Shown: positions 18,213-26,283 of the stretch, piece after piece | Layout of the letters: every line of letters starts with the position of its first letter | Position numbering within the stretch: position 1 is the first letter of the stretch | Assembly: GCA_913056505.1 (NCBI GenBank) | Contig: CAJXLZ010000001.1 | Coordinates: 1-26,283 of the forward strand | Direction: 5' to 3' | Origin: an uncultured Desulfurellaceae bacterium | Lineage (GTDB): Bacteria > Campylobacterota_A > Desulfurellia > Desulfurellales > Hippeaceae | Length of the DNA stretch: 26,283 bases | The notes under the pieces: generated by a model | Told to the model about the DNA's origin: nothing | The model's database searches: none | What the model saw: only the letters and a program-made list of their open reading frames with translations | Translations under genes and position numbers: made by a program

Positions 18213-20669
18213 ATGATAGAAAAGTACAATCCATCTGTTATCGAGCCTAAGTGGCAAAAAATATGGGAAGAAAAGAGTTCTTTTAAATCAAAGGATAACG
18301 ATAAAAGTGAGAAATTTTATCAGCTTGAGATGTTTCCATACCCATCTGGAAGAATTCATATGGGGCATGTTAGAAATTATACAATAGGTGATGCTATAGC
18401 ACGCTATAAAAGGATGAAGGGATATAATGTTCTGCATCCTATGGGTTTTGATGCATTCGGGATGCCGGCGGAAAATGCGGCTATAACCCACAATACACAT
18501 CCTGCGAAATGGACATATGAAAATATAGACTATATGATAAAAGAGCTGAAGCGCCTGGGTTTTGCGTACGATTGGGAGAGATTGCTTATAACATGCGATC
18601 CGGATTACTACAAATGGGAACAGAAAATTTTCATCGAGATGTTTAAGAGGGGCATGGTCTATAAAAAGAAAAGCAGAGTTAATTATTGCCCAAATTGCAA
18701 AACTGTGCTTGCCAATGAACAGGTGGATGATGGGAAATGCTGGCGTTGCAGTGGTCAAGTCGAAGAAAGAGAAATGGATGAATGGTTTTTTAAAATCACG
18801 GATTATGCTGACGAGCTAATCGATGATATGAGAGAACTTGAAAAAGGTTGGCCGAGAAAAGTTTTAACGCAGCAAATAAACTGGATAGGCAAAAGTAAAG
18901 GAGCATTCATAAAATTCAAAATCAAAGGCATAGATGACTATTTAGAAGTATTTACAACAAGGCCCGATACACTTTTCGGCGTAACATTTGCATCCATTGC
19001 ACCTGATCATCCAAAGTTGAAAGAACTTATCAAGGATGAAGATATTAAACGCAGGCTTGATGAATTCATAGAAAAACAAAAAAATATTACCAATGAGTAT
19101 GACAAAGACAAAGAAGGATTTTTCTCCGGTATTTATATTATAAATCCGGTTAATAATGAAACAGTGCCGCTATATGTTGCAAATTTTGTATTAATGGAGT
19201 ATGGAACAGGTGTTGTTATGGCTGTTCCTGCGCACGACCAGAGAGACTTTGAATTTGCTAATAAATATGGTTTGAAAAAAAGGATTGTTATATATAAAGA
19301 TGGTATGCCTAAATCTGCGGATGATCTAACAGAGGCTTATACAGATGAGGGCGTTTTAATCAATTCTGGTAAATTTAATGGTGAAGATAACGAAAAAGCC
19401 AAACAGGACATAGTTGAATGGTTGAAACAAAAAAATTTAGCGAGGGAAACATATCAATACAAACTTAGGGATTGGAATATATCTCGTCAAAGATATTGGG
19501 GTGCACCTATACCTATTGTATATTGTGAACATTGTGGTGTAGTGCCTGAAAAAATAGAGAATTTGCCTGTAAAATTGCCTGAGGATGTTCAGATTACAGG
19601 CGAGGGCGGCTCACCTTTAAGCAATCAAAAATCCTTTGTGGAAACAATATGCCCTGTTTGTGGCGCAAAGGCAAAAAGAGAGACCGATACCTTTGATACC
19701 TTCGTTGAATCTTCATGGTATTTTTTGAGATATTGCTCGCCTAAATATGATAAGGATATATTTGATAAAGAGGCAGTAGAGTATTGGATGAATGTTGATC
19801 AATATGTCGGTGGTATAGAACATGCTGTTATGCATCTGTTATATGCGAGATATTTTACCAAAGTGCTGAGAGATTTGGGATATCTGAAATTCAATGAACC
19901 GTTTAAGCGCCTTCTCACACAGGGAATGGTCATTAAAGACGGTGCAAAAATGAGTAAATCAAAAGGCAATGTTGTTGATCCGGATGATATTATAAAGCAG
20001 TACGGTGCAGATACGGCGCGCCTATTTGTCCTGTTTGCAGCGCCACCGGAGAAAGATTTAGAGTGGTCTGAGGAAGGTGTTGAGGGATCTTACCGGTTTT
20101 TAAACAGGGTATGGAGACTGCTCTACAAAAACAAGAATCTTATCTCAAAAGATTATGATGTGGCTATTAACAGTGATAGGCTAAAAAAACTCAACTACAC
20201 CATTAATTATACGATAAAAAAGGTAACAAATGACTTGGAACATTATCATTTCAATACAGCCATTGCATCATTAATGGAATACACAAACTTTCTACAGTCT
20301 TTTAATCCAAAGAGTAAAAATGAGGAAGTCCTGTTTGCAAAAGCGCTTAGGTATCTTATTGTTATGATTAGCGTGTTTGCTCCACACATAGCAGAAGAGA
20401 TGTACAGCATGACAAAATCTCAAGGTTTGGTAATTGATGAAAAATGGCCTGTATATGACGAATCGGCACTTATTATGAAAGAAACGACAATAGCCGTGAC
20501 AATTAACGGCAAATTGAGAGATACAATTAGCACCGGTATGGATTCAGACAAAGATACCGTTTTCGAAAAAGCAATGATGAGTAATAAGGTTAAAAAGCAT
20601 ATACAGGGTAAGGATGTAAAGAAAATTATATTTGTAAAAAACAGACTTTTGAATATTGTGGTGTCTTAA
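18213..20669 (+). CDS. leuS: Leucine--tRNA ligase
   Basis: MFPYPSG, HMGH (HIGH motif), CP1 editing motifs TTRPDT and GVVMAVPAHDQRD, SRQRYWGAPIP, GGIEHAVMHLLY and KMSKS. Confidence 0.98.
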   Translation: MIEKYNPSVIEPKWQKIWEEKSSFKSKDNDKSEKFYQLEMFPYPSGRIHMGHVRNYTIGDAIARYKRMKGYNVLHPMGFDAFGMPAENAAITHNTHPAKWTYENIDYMIKELKRLGFAYDWERLLITCDPDYYKWEQKIFIEMFKRGMVYKKKSRVNYCPNCKTVLANEQVDDGKCWRCSGQVEEREMDEWFFKITDYADELIDDMRELEKGWPRKVLTQQINWIGKSKGAFIKFKIKGIDDYLEVFTTRPDTLFGVTFASIAPDHPKLKELIKDEDIKRRLDEFIEKQKNITNEYDKDKEGFFSGIYIINPVNNETVPLYVANFVLMEYGTGVVMAVPAHDQRDFEFANKYGLKKRIVIYKDGMPKSADDLTEAYTDEGVLINSGKFNGEDNEKAKQDIVEWLKQKNLARETYQYKLRDWNISRQRYWGAPIPIVYCEHCGVVPEKIENLPVKLPEDVQITGEGGSPLSNQKSFVETICPVCGAKAKRETDTFDTFVESSWYFLRYCSPKYDKDIFDKEAVEYWMNVDQYVGGIEHAVMHLLYARYFTKVLRDLGYLKFNEPFKRLLTQGMVIKDGAKMSKSKGNVVDPDDIIKQYGADTARLFVLFAAPPEKDLEWSEEGVEGSYRFLNRVWRLLYKNKNLISKDYDVAINSDRLKKLNYTINYTIKKVTNDLEHYHFNTAIASLMEYTNFLQSFNPKSKNEEVLFAKALRYLIVMISVFAPHIAEEMYSMTKSQGLVIDEKWPVYDESALIMKETTIAVTINGKLRDTISTGMDSDKDTVFEKAMMSNKVKKHIQGKDVKKIIFVKNRLLNIVVS

Positions 20670-20670
20670 A

Positions 20671-21189
20671 GTGAAAAAGATAATCAATTTTATAATTATG
20701 TTATTTTTGGGTTTTACGCTTGCCTCATGTGGTTATAGATTTGCAGGATCATATTCGTCGCTTCCTATGGACATCAGGAATGTGTATGTGGATAGTGTTG
20801 AGAATGATACAAGTGAGCCGTCTATTCAAACCAATTTGAGAAGCTATTTGATAAATCAGTTGAATATGGACTCAAGGATTAAGGTGACGAATAAAGATGC
20901 AGCAGACGGTTATCTTTATGTAAAGATAATAAATTATGACATAGAGCAATCTTCCTATGCAAAATCTGGATTTGCATCATCATATAGATGTATAATTACG
21001 GTTTCTGTTTCCTTTAAGTCAAAAAAACAGGATAAATATATTATAAAAGATAATATACTGACATCTTATAAGGATTATAATGCTAATGATCAACTATCGG
21101 CAATAGAAATTGCGAGAAATAGGACATCTGATGAGGTTTTGCGCGATCTTGCAAATAAGATAAAAGATGATATGTTTGTAAATTTTTAA
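20671..21189 (+). CDS. lptE: LPS-assembly lipoprotein LptE family
   Basis: Lipoprotein signal MKKIINFIIMLFLGFTLAS|CGYRF, size about 170 aa, and conserved position right after leuS. GTG 20671 preferred over 20656. Confidence 0.75.
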   Translation: MKKIINFIIMLFLGFTLASCGYRFAGSYSSLPMDIRNVYVDSVENDTSEPSIQTNLRSYLINQLNMDSRIKVTNKDAADGYLYVKIINYDIEQSSYAKSGFASSYRCIITVSVSFKSKKQDKYIIKDNILTSYKDYNANDQLSAIEIARNRTSDEVLRDLANKIKDDMFVNF

Positions 21190-21205
21190 TTAAGGAGTGA
21201 AAGTA

Positions 21206-21997
21206 ATGGAAACATTAGACGAAAAAATTATATCAAGGGCTATACTTGAGCGATACACATCCAAGCTTATGGATTATTTGGACAATGATGTAAGTATTGT
21301 AGGAGGAGGTCCTGCGGGGCTGGTGTGTGCTTATGAGCTTGCTAAAAATGGCGTTAAGGTTGCGCTGTTTGACAAGAGATTAACCTTAGGCGGCGGTATG
21401 TGGGGTGGTGCAATGCTTTTTAATGAAATCGTCGTGCAGGATATGGGAAGAGAAATATTGGACGAGTTTGATATAAAGTATGATAAGTATACAGAAGGAT
21501 ACTATACGGCTGATTCTATAGAGGCGGTATCAACGTTAACGTCAAAAGCTGCAAAAGCAGGTGCAAGGATGTTTAACACAATAGAAATTGAAGATGTTGT
21601 TTTGAAAAAGATAGAGGGAAGCTATAGAGTAAACGGTTTGGTAATAGGATGGACAACTGTCAATATGGCTCATCTTCCGGTTGACCCGCTTGTTGTGACG
21701 AGCAGGTATGTTGTTGATGCAACAGGGCATGATGCTGATGTGGCTACGGTTTTAACGAAAAAAGCAGGTGTTAAACTAATATCTCCTACAGGCGGTGTAG
21801 TCGGGGAGAAGCCAATGTGGGCGGAGATAGGGGAACAGTCTACCATAGAACACACAAAAGAGGTATATCCGGGTTTAATTGTCGCGGGAATGGCTGCTGT
21901 TGCAGTAAATGGCTCTCATAGAATGGGGCCTGTGTTTGGTGGGATGCTACAATCGGGCAAAAAAGCCGCAGAAATAATCATAAACGGCTTAAAATAG
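21206..21997 (+). CDS. thi4: THI4-family thiazole synthase, non-Cys (sulfide-dependent) type
   Basis: IVGGGPAGL, LGGGMWGG, VDP, VVDATGHDA, VYPGLIVAGM and RMGPVFGGM. Start ATG 21206, 8 nt after AAGGAG (21192-21197). Confidence 0.92.
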   Translation: METLDEKIISRAILERYTSKLMDYLDNDVSIVGGGPAGLVCAYELAKNGVKVALFDKRLTLGGGMWGGAMLFNEIVVQDMGREILDEFDIKYDKYTEGYYTADSIEAVSTLTSKAAKAGARMFNTIEIEDVVLKKIEGSYRVNGLVIGWTTVNMAHLPVDPLVVTSRYVVDATGHDADVATVLTKKAGVKLISPTGGVVGEKPMWAEIGEQSTIEHTKEVYPGLIVAGMAAVAVNGSHRMGPVFGGMLQSGKKAAEIIINGLK

Positions 21998-22038
21998 GCT
22001 ATATATTATATCAACACTTTAGAAGGTTACAAATAAAT

Positions 22039-23445
22039 ATGAGAAAAATAAATAATTCCATATTCAGGGAGTATGACATACGAGGTATTTGGCAACAAAA
22101 TATTGATGAACAATTCAGTTTTGATCTGGGCAGGGCGTTTGCAAAATATATAAAAAAATATAGTAAGAAGGATAAGCTAACCATTAGCGTAGGATACGAT
22201 GCAAGATTATCTTCAAAGGATATATTTAGCTCGCTTGCAAAGGGATTAAATTATGAAAATATAGGAGTTATAAATTTAGGGCTTGTCGCAACGCCTGTTC
22301 AATATTTTTCACTATTCAATATGGCAGTAGATGGCGGCGTTATGATAACGGCATCGCACAATCCTAAAGAGTATAATGGATTTAAGCTGAGTTTTGATAA
22401 GGAAACACTTTTTGGGGATAAAATACAGGAAGTTAAGGACATAATGGAAAGCTTGGGTGATGTTGATTACGGTAAAGATGTAAAAAGAGAAGTTGTTGAT
22501 TATAATATTATAAAAGATTATACGGCTTATATGCTCAATGAATTTGGTTATTTGAAACAGTATAAAGATAAACCACCTATTGTGCTTGATGCCGGGAACG
22601 GCTGTGGCGGATTCATAGCTGAACCTATACTAAATAAATTGTCGTTTTTTGTTAAGGGACTGTTTATTGAACCGGATGGCACTTTTCCTAATCATCATCC
22701 TGATCCTACAGTTTTGGGAAATATAGAGGATATGAGAAAAACTGTTGTTGAGGGTAACTACGAGGTAGGTATAGGGTATGATGGCGATGCAGATAGAATC
22801 GGGGTTGTTTTAAAGGATGGCACACTTTTATATGGTGATCAGCTGTTGCTCCTGTTTGCTCAGGATATACTGCGAAAGCATAAGGGCGCAAAGATAATAG
22901 GCGAAGTAAAATGCTCGCAGGTTTTATTTGACGGAGTGCAGAAAGCAGGGGGTAAACCCATAATGTGGAAGGCTGGGCATTCGCTTATAAAGGCAAAAAT
23001 GAAAGATGAAAATGCGCTACTTTCAGGTGAAATGAGCGGACATATATTTTTTAAAGATAGATACTTCGGCTATGATGATGCCATATATGCATCACTCCGA
23101 CTACTTGAAATTATGACGGTTGAAAAGATTGATATTTTAGATTGGAGGAATCGGTTACCGAAAATGTTTAATACGCCTGAGATGCGCATCAGTTGTCCCG
23201 ATAGAAAGAAAGATACAGTTGTGCGGCATATAATCGAATATTGCAAACAGGATAAAGATATTATTGATATTAATACAATAGATGGCGTTAGGTTTAATGT
23301 TGAGGGCGGATGGGGACTTGTCAGAAAGAGCAATACTCAACCTGCAATTGTTTTAAGATTTGAAGCAAACACAAATGAACTATTGGATGATCTATCAGAA
23401 AAATTTATTAGCCTAGTCAAAAAAGAGATTAACAATCAAAAGTAA
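22039..23445 (+). CDS. Phosphomannomutase/phosphoglucomutase (AlgC-like)
   Basis: FREYDIRG, ITASHNP, PNHHPDP, DGDADR, SGEMSGH, YDDAIYA, GWGLVRKSNTQP and LRFEA. Confidence 0.93.
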   Translation: MRKINNSIFREYDIRGIWQQNIDEQFSFDLGRAFAKYIKKYSKKDKLTISVGYDARLSSKDIFSSLAKGLNYENIGVINLGLVATPVQYFSLFNMAVDGGVMITASHNPKEYNGFKLSFDKETLFGDKIQEVKDIMESLGDVDYGKDVKREVVDYNIIKDYTAYMLNEFGYLKQYKDKPPIVLDAGNGCGGFIAEPILNKLSFFVKGLFIEPDGTFPNHHPDPTVLGNIEDMRKTVVEGNYEVGIGYDGDADRIGVVLKDGTLLYGDQLLLLFAQDILRKHKGAKIIGEVKCSQVLFDGVQKAGGKPIMWKAGHSLIKAKMKDENALLSGEMSGHIFFKDRYFGYDDAIYASLRLLEIMTVEKIDILDWRNRLPKMFNTPEMRISCPDRKKDTVVRHIIEYCKQDKDIIDINTIDGVRFNVEGGWGLVRKSNTQPAIVLRFEANTNELLDDLSEKFISLVKKEINNQK

Positions 23446-23452
23446 TAATTTA

Positions 23453-23665
23453 TTATTCCGCATTTTTTCTTGTCATTCTCACAAACGCTCAGAATCCAGA
23501 GTCCAGATTCCGTGTCAAGCACGGAATGACAAGAGGACAACGTAATAAGTAGAATGGAATGACAGAGTGCGGTGCGGAATAACAATGGAGAAAATGTCAT
23601 TCCCGCGTATGCGGAATCCAGATTCTATAATCCAGATTCCGCATTAAGCACAAAATGACAGAGTG
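23453..23665. repeat. REP/REPIN-like array, locus 2 (two doublets plus half-arms) between convergent genes
   Basis: Doublet 23471-23531 (2 heptamers; perfect 11-bp outer IR TCTTGTCATTC 23468-23478 / GAATGACAAGA 23524-23534). Doublet 23595-23660 (3 heptamers). Orphan arms GGAATGACAGAGTG and TGCGGAATAACA. Confidence 0.9.
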
Positions 23666-23684
23666 GTGGCGGTGTTGTTATGTG

Positions 23685-24974
23685 CTATATTAGGATGTTT
23701 GGGCTTAATGATAGAAGTATTTCCAATAAACCTATTAAAAATCCCAATACAGCTCCGAAAAAATTTATATACCTGAATTGATCTTTACTTATGTTCAGCA
23801 CAACATCCTCTACTTCGGATATGTCCAATGCGCTTAGTTTTTCCCTCGCAAGCTTTTCTATATCAAAATTAAAGATTTTATCACTCTCTTTTTTAACAAC
23901 ATAAATCAGATTATTGACAATTATAGACGGCAATTTCTTATATATATCCGGTTTAAATGCATTAATTAGATCGAACATCGTATACTTATTCAGCAACAGC
24001 CTTATGTATGCTGTGATTTCAAAAGATATTTTGTAATTGTCCAGTGTATTTATTATATTATCTATGATTTTTCCCTTAATGTCAGTTTTTTTAAGCAGTA
24101 ACTCTGCTTTATCTGCGATTAAAGCCTGCAGCTGCTCCATATTTTTTATGTCTAATATTTTTAATAATTCCTCCGGTTTTTTATCCAATATTTTTTCTTT
24201 AATAGATATAAATATGGCGTTTTTTGTTTTATCTATAACGACAGGATTAATGAGAATATTTTTTATCTCAAAAATAATGGCATCCGTTATTTTTTTGTTA
24301 TCCTCAAAAAGTGGTGATGCCATAGAAATTAGCGAGGCTAAAAGTATATTGGAGTCGTCGGCGTATTTGTCCATAGCGGATTTTATTGTATTATTTATTA
24401 ACGTCCTCATTTCCTGCGAATCAAAATCATTTGATAGTTTATAGAGGGCCGTTTTTGAAAATTCATCGCTTGCACTTTTAATGTTATCTATCTGACTTTT
24501 ATTTAAATAAGAAATTACATCTTTATCTTTATCAACTAAATCAAAAACAGAATGTACGATATACTTAAAATCTATTTTAAATTTCTCTTTTACTATACTA
24601 CTTAGATTTTCATCCAATATTTTTCTGATTAGATTTTCTAATTTTTTATAGTCTATGTTGAAAGATGATAGTTTTCTTGCTAAAATCGTATTTAGGATTT
24701 TATCTGCAAATTCGTATAGAAACAACCTGTTCTTTTTTTTATAGATATGCTTTATTATCTCTTTCTTATCTACAATTTTGTTTGATATGGTGTATGAAAT
24801 TTTATCTATTATATATTTTCTTTTTTTAGGTATAAGACCTGGCGTAAAAGGAATTTTAAAACCGAATAAGTAATAGGGGTTCTTCGGTAAAAAAAGCATC
24901 TTTATGGCTATGTAGTTTGTTACATAGCCTATAAGGGCACCAATAATTGGCAAAAATAATATTTCTATGCTCAT
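23685..24974 (-). CDS. DUF445 (YheB-like) membrane-anchored protein
   Basis: N-terminal [21 protein letters not shown]...PFTPGLIPK and C-terminal [33 protein letters not shown], with a helical soluble middle region. Confidence 0.88.
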   Translation of the reverse strand: MSIEILFLPIIGALIGYVTNYIAIKMLFLPKNPYYLFGFKIPFTPGLIPKKRKYIIDKISYTISNKIVDKKEIIKHIYKKKNRLFLYEFADKILNTILARKLSSFNIDYKKLENLIRKILDENLSSIVKEKFKIDFKYIVHSVFDLVDKDKDVISYLNKSQIDNIKSASDEFSKTALYKLSNDFDSQEMRTLINNTIKSAMDKYADDSNILLASLISMASPLFEDNKKITDAIIFEIKNILINPVVIDKTKNAIFISIKEKILDKKPEELLKILDIKNMEQLQALIADKAELLLKKTDIKGKIIDNIINTLDNYKISFEITAYIRLLLNKYTMFDLINAFKPDIYKKLPSIIVNNLIYVVKKESDKIFNFDIEKLAREKLSALDISEVEDVVLNISKDQFRYINFFGAVLGFLIGLLEILLSLSPNILI

Positions 24975-26077
24975 TTAAATATGTTTTTAAATTTACCTAT
25001 AATAGAATCTTTATACGTTAATTCTTCGCCCGATTCCTTGGCGAATTCTTCAAGTATCTCTCTTTGCCTTTGAGTTATTGTGGTAGGTATTTTTACATTT
25101 ATTATCACTATTTGATCTCCGCGGGTACCAGATAACTCAACACCTTTGCCTTTCATAATAAATTTACGATTATTTTGTGTTCCGGGTGGTATGGATAGTT
25201 CTTCCTCACCCCATATTGTTGGTACTTTGATAGTTGCGCCCAACGTAGCTTGCGTAATTGATATAGGAAGCTCTAAAATTATATTTTTCCCATCTCTTTT
25301 AAACAGGTCACTTTCTCTAACGGAAATATATATGTATAGGTCGCCATTTGGCCCGCCATTGCGTCCTTCGTAACCCCTATTCGACACCTTTATAATATTT
25401 CCATTATCTATACCTGGAGGTATTTTAATCTTTAGTTTTTCCTTTTCATATATGTATCCGCTACCTGAGCACCTTTTGCATGTTTTCGTTATAATCTTGC
25501 CGCTGCCTGAACAATGTTGGCACGTTTTCCTAACGGAGAAAAAACCTTGTGAATACTCAACCTCACCTCTTCCTTTGCAGTATGGGCATGTTTGTATACC
25601 ACCTTTTTCTGCACCTGTTCCATTGCAGTTGGGACATATTTTTCTATTTTTTATCTCTATCTCTTTTTCTGCCCCGAATACAGCTTCTTTAAAATCGATT
25701 GTTAAATTAAGCCGTACATCTTCCCCTTTTTGAGGTCTTTTCCTCCTATTTCTTCTTGATTGAAAGTCTCCAAATATATCCCCAAAGACGCTGGAAAATG
25801 TGTCAAATATATCTTCAGCCGTAGCTGATTCAAAGCCTTCAAATCCTGAAAATCCGCCCATATCACCAACGCTTCCGAATTGATCATACTGGGCTCTTTT
25901 TGATTCATCCGATAAAACAGAGTATGCTTCGTTAATTTTTTTAAATTTTTCTTCTGCTTTTTTGTCACCGGGATTTCTATCGGGATGATATTTAATAGCT
26001 AATTTTCTGTATGCTTTTTTTATCTCTTCTTGGGTTGCATCCCTGTTCACGCCTAATATATCATAATAATCGTTCAT
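24971..26077 (-). CDS. dnaJ: Chaperone DnaJ, class A
   Basis: J-domain with HPD, G/F-rich linker, four CxxCxGxG repeats ([32 protein letters not shown]) and a C-terminal domain. Confidence 0.97.
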   Translation of the reverse strand: MNDYYDILGVNRDATQEEIKKAYRKLAIKYHPDRNPGDKKAEEKFKKINEAYSVLSDESKRAQYDQFGSVGDMGGFSGFEGFESATAEDIFDTFSSVFGDIFGDFQSRRNRRKRPQKGEDVRLNLTIDFKEAVFGAEKEIEIKNRKICPNCNGTGAEKGGIQTCPYCKGRGEVEYSQGFFSVRKTCQHCSGSGKIITKTCKRCSGSGYIYEKEKLKIKIPPGIDNGNIIKVSNRGYEGRNGGPNGDLYIYISVRESDLFKRDGKNIILELPISITQATLGATIKVPTIWGEEELSIPPGTQNNRKFIMKGKGVELSGTRGDQIVIINVKIPTTITQRQREILEEFAKESGEELTYKDSIIGKFKNIFK

Positions 26078-26126
26078 TCATATACCTATCTATATACAAG
26101 CAAAAAAACAGACATAGATTTGATCA

Positions 26127-26278
26127 ATTAACAATCAAAAGTGCCAATTTGTCATTTTTTGCTTTTTTGTCATTTCCACGAACGCTCAGAATCCAGATTC
26201 CAAATCCCAGACTCCAAATTCCGCATCAAGTAATGTCACCCCGTGCTTGACACGGGGGGCGGAATGACAAGAGGACAG
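26127..26278. repeat. REP/REPIN-like element, locus 3, with nested hairpin; may continue past the window end
   Basis: TGTCATTTCCACGAACGCTCAGAATCCAG (26168-26196), four heptamers, ATTCCGCATCAAGT-[27 bp]-GCGGAATGACAAGAGGACAG; its flank matches locus 2. Confidence 0.9.
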
Positions 26279-26283
26279 TGTGA

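Noticed and set aside
23453-23665. CRISPR interpretation of the repeat arrays
   Set aside because: Repeats are inverted, degenerate and irregularly spaced. The spacers are heptamer tandems rather than unique 30-40 nt sequences, and no cas genes are present.
559-25968. The many 60-160 aa antisense or out-of-frame ORFs inside confident genes
   Set aside because: Shadow ORFs fully nested in well-supported housekeeping CDSs, with no motifs of their own.
26121-26147. Possible CIRCE upstream of dnaJ
   Set aside because: AAGTGCCAA (26139-26147) resembles one arm, but the position 9 nt away reads TGATCAATT, not TTAGCACTC.
26011-26250. 79-aa ORF on the plus strand
   Set aside because: It overlaps the dnaJ start antisense and crosses repeat locus 3; its IQIPNPRLQIP segment reflects the heptamer periodicity.

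Overview
AT-rich, gene-dense chromosomal housekeeping region from a diderm bacterium (LptE present). The non-Cys THI4 suggests a sulfide-rich habitat; any finer taxonomy would be a guess. Gene order: large MscS-family channel, COG2509-type FAD oxidoreductase, nitroreductase; then DUF167, FmdB zinc-ribbon protein, ndk, rpmF (missed by the ORF track), plsX, fabH, fabK, fabD, fabG, acpP, fabF, HAD phosphatase; zapE on the minus strand; fba, pgi, YbgC-like thioesterase; ilvD, leuS, lptE, thi4, pmm/pgm; and dnaJ plus DUF445 on the minus strand. I found no rRNA, tRNA, CRISPR array, transposase, prophage or clear pseudogene, and I cannot support a novel multi-protein system. The main unexplained signal is a family of intergenic palindromic (REP/REPIN-like) elements at three loci, four doublets in total. 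Each is an inverted hairpin pair tagged by TGTCA and separated by 2, 3, 4 or 5 copies of a TCCAGAT-like heptamer. The family shows compensatory stem changes, one nested insertion, one chimeric arm, and a homologous flank that reaches into the last codons of pmm/pgm. Secondary points: THI4 with Pro at the Cys/His catalytic position sitting in the usual holA slot, a ZapE with motifs I associate with actinobacterial homologues, and dnaJ separated from dnaK/grpE and coupled to DUF445.
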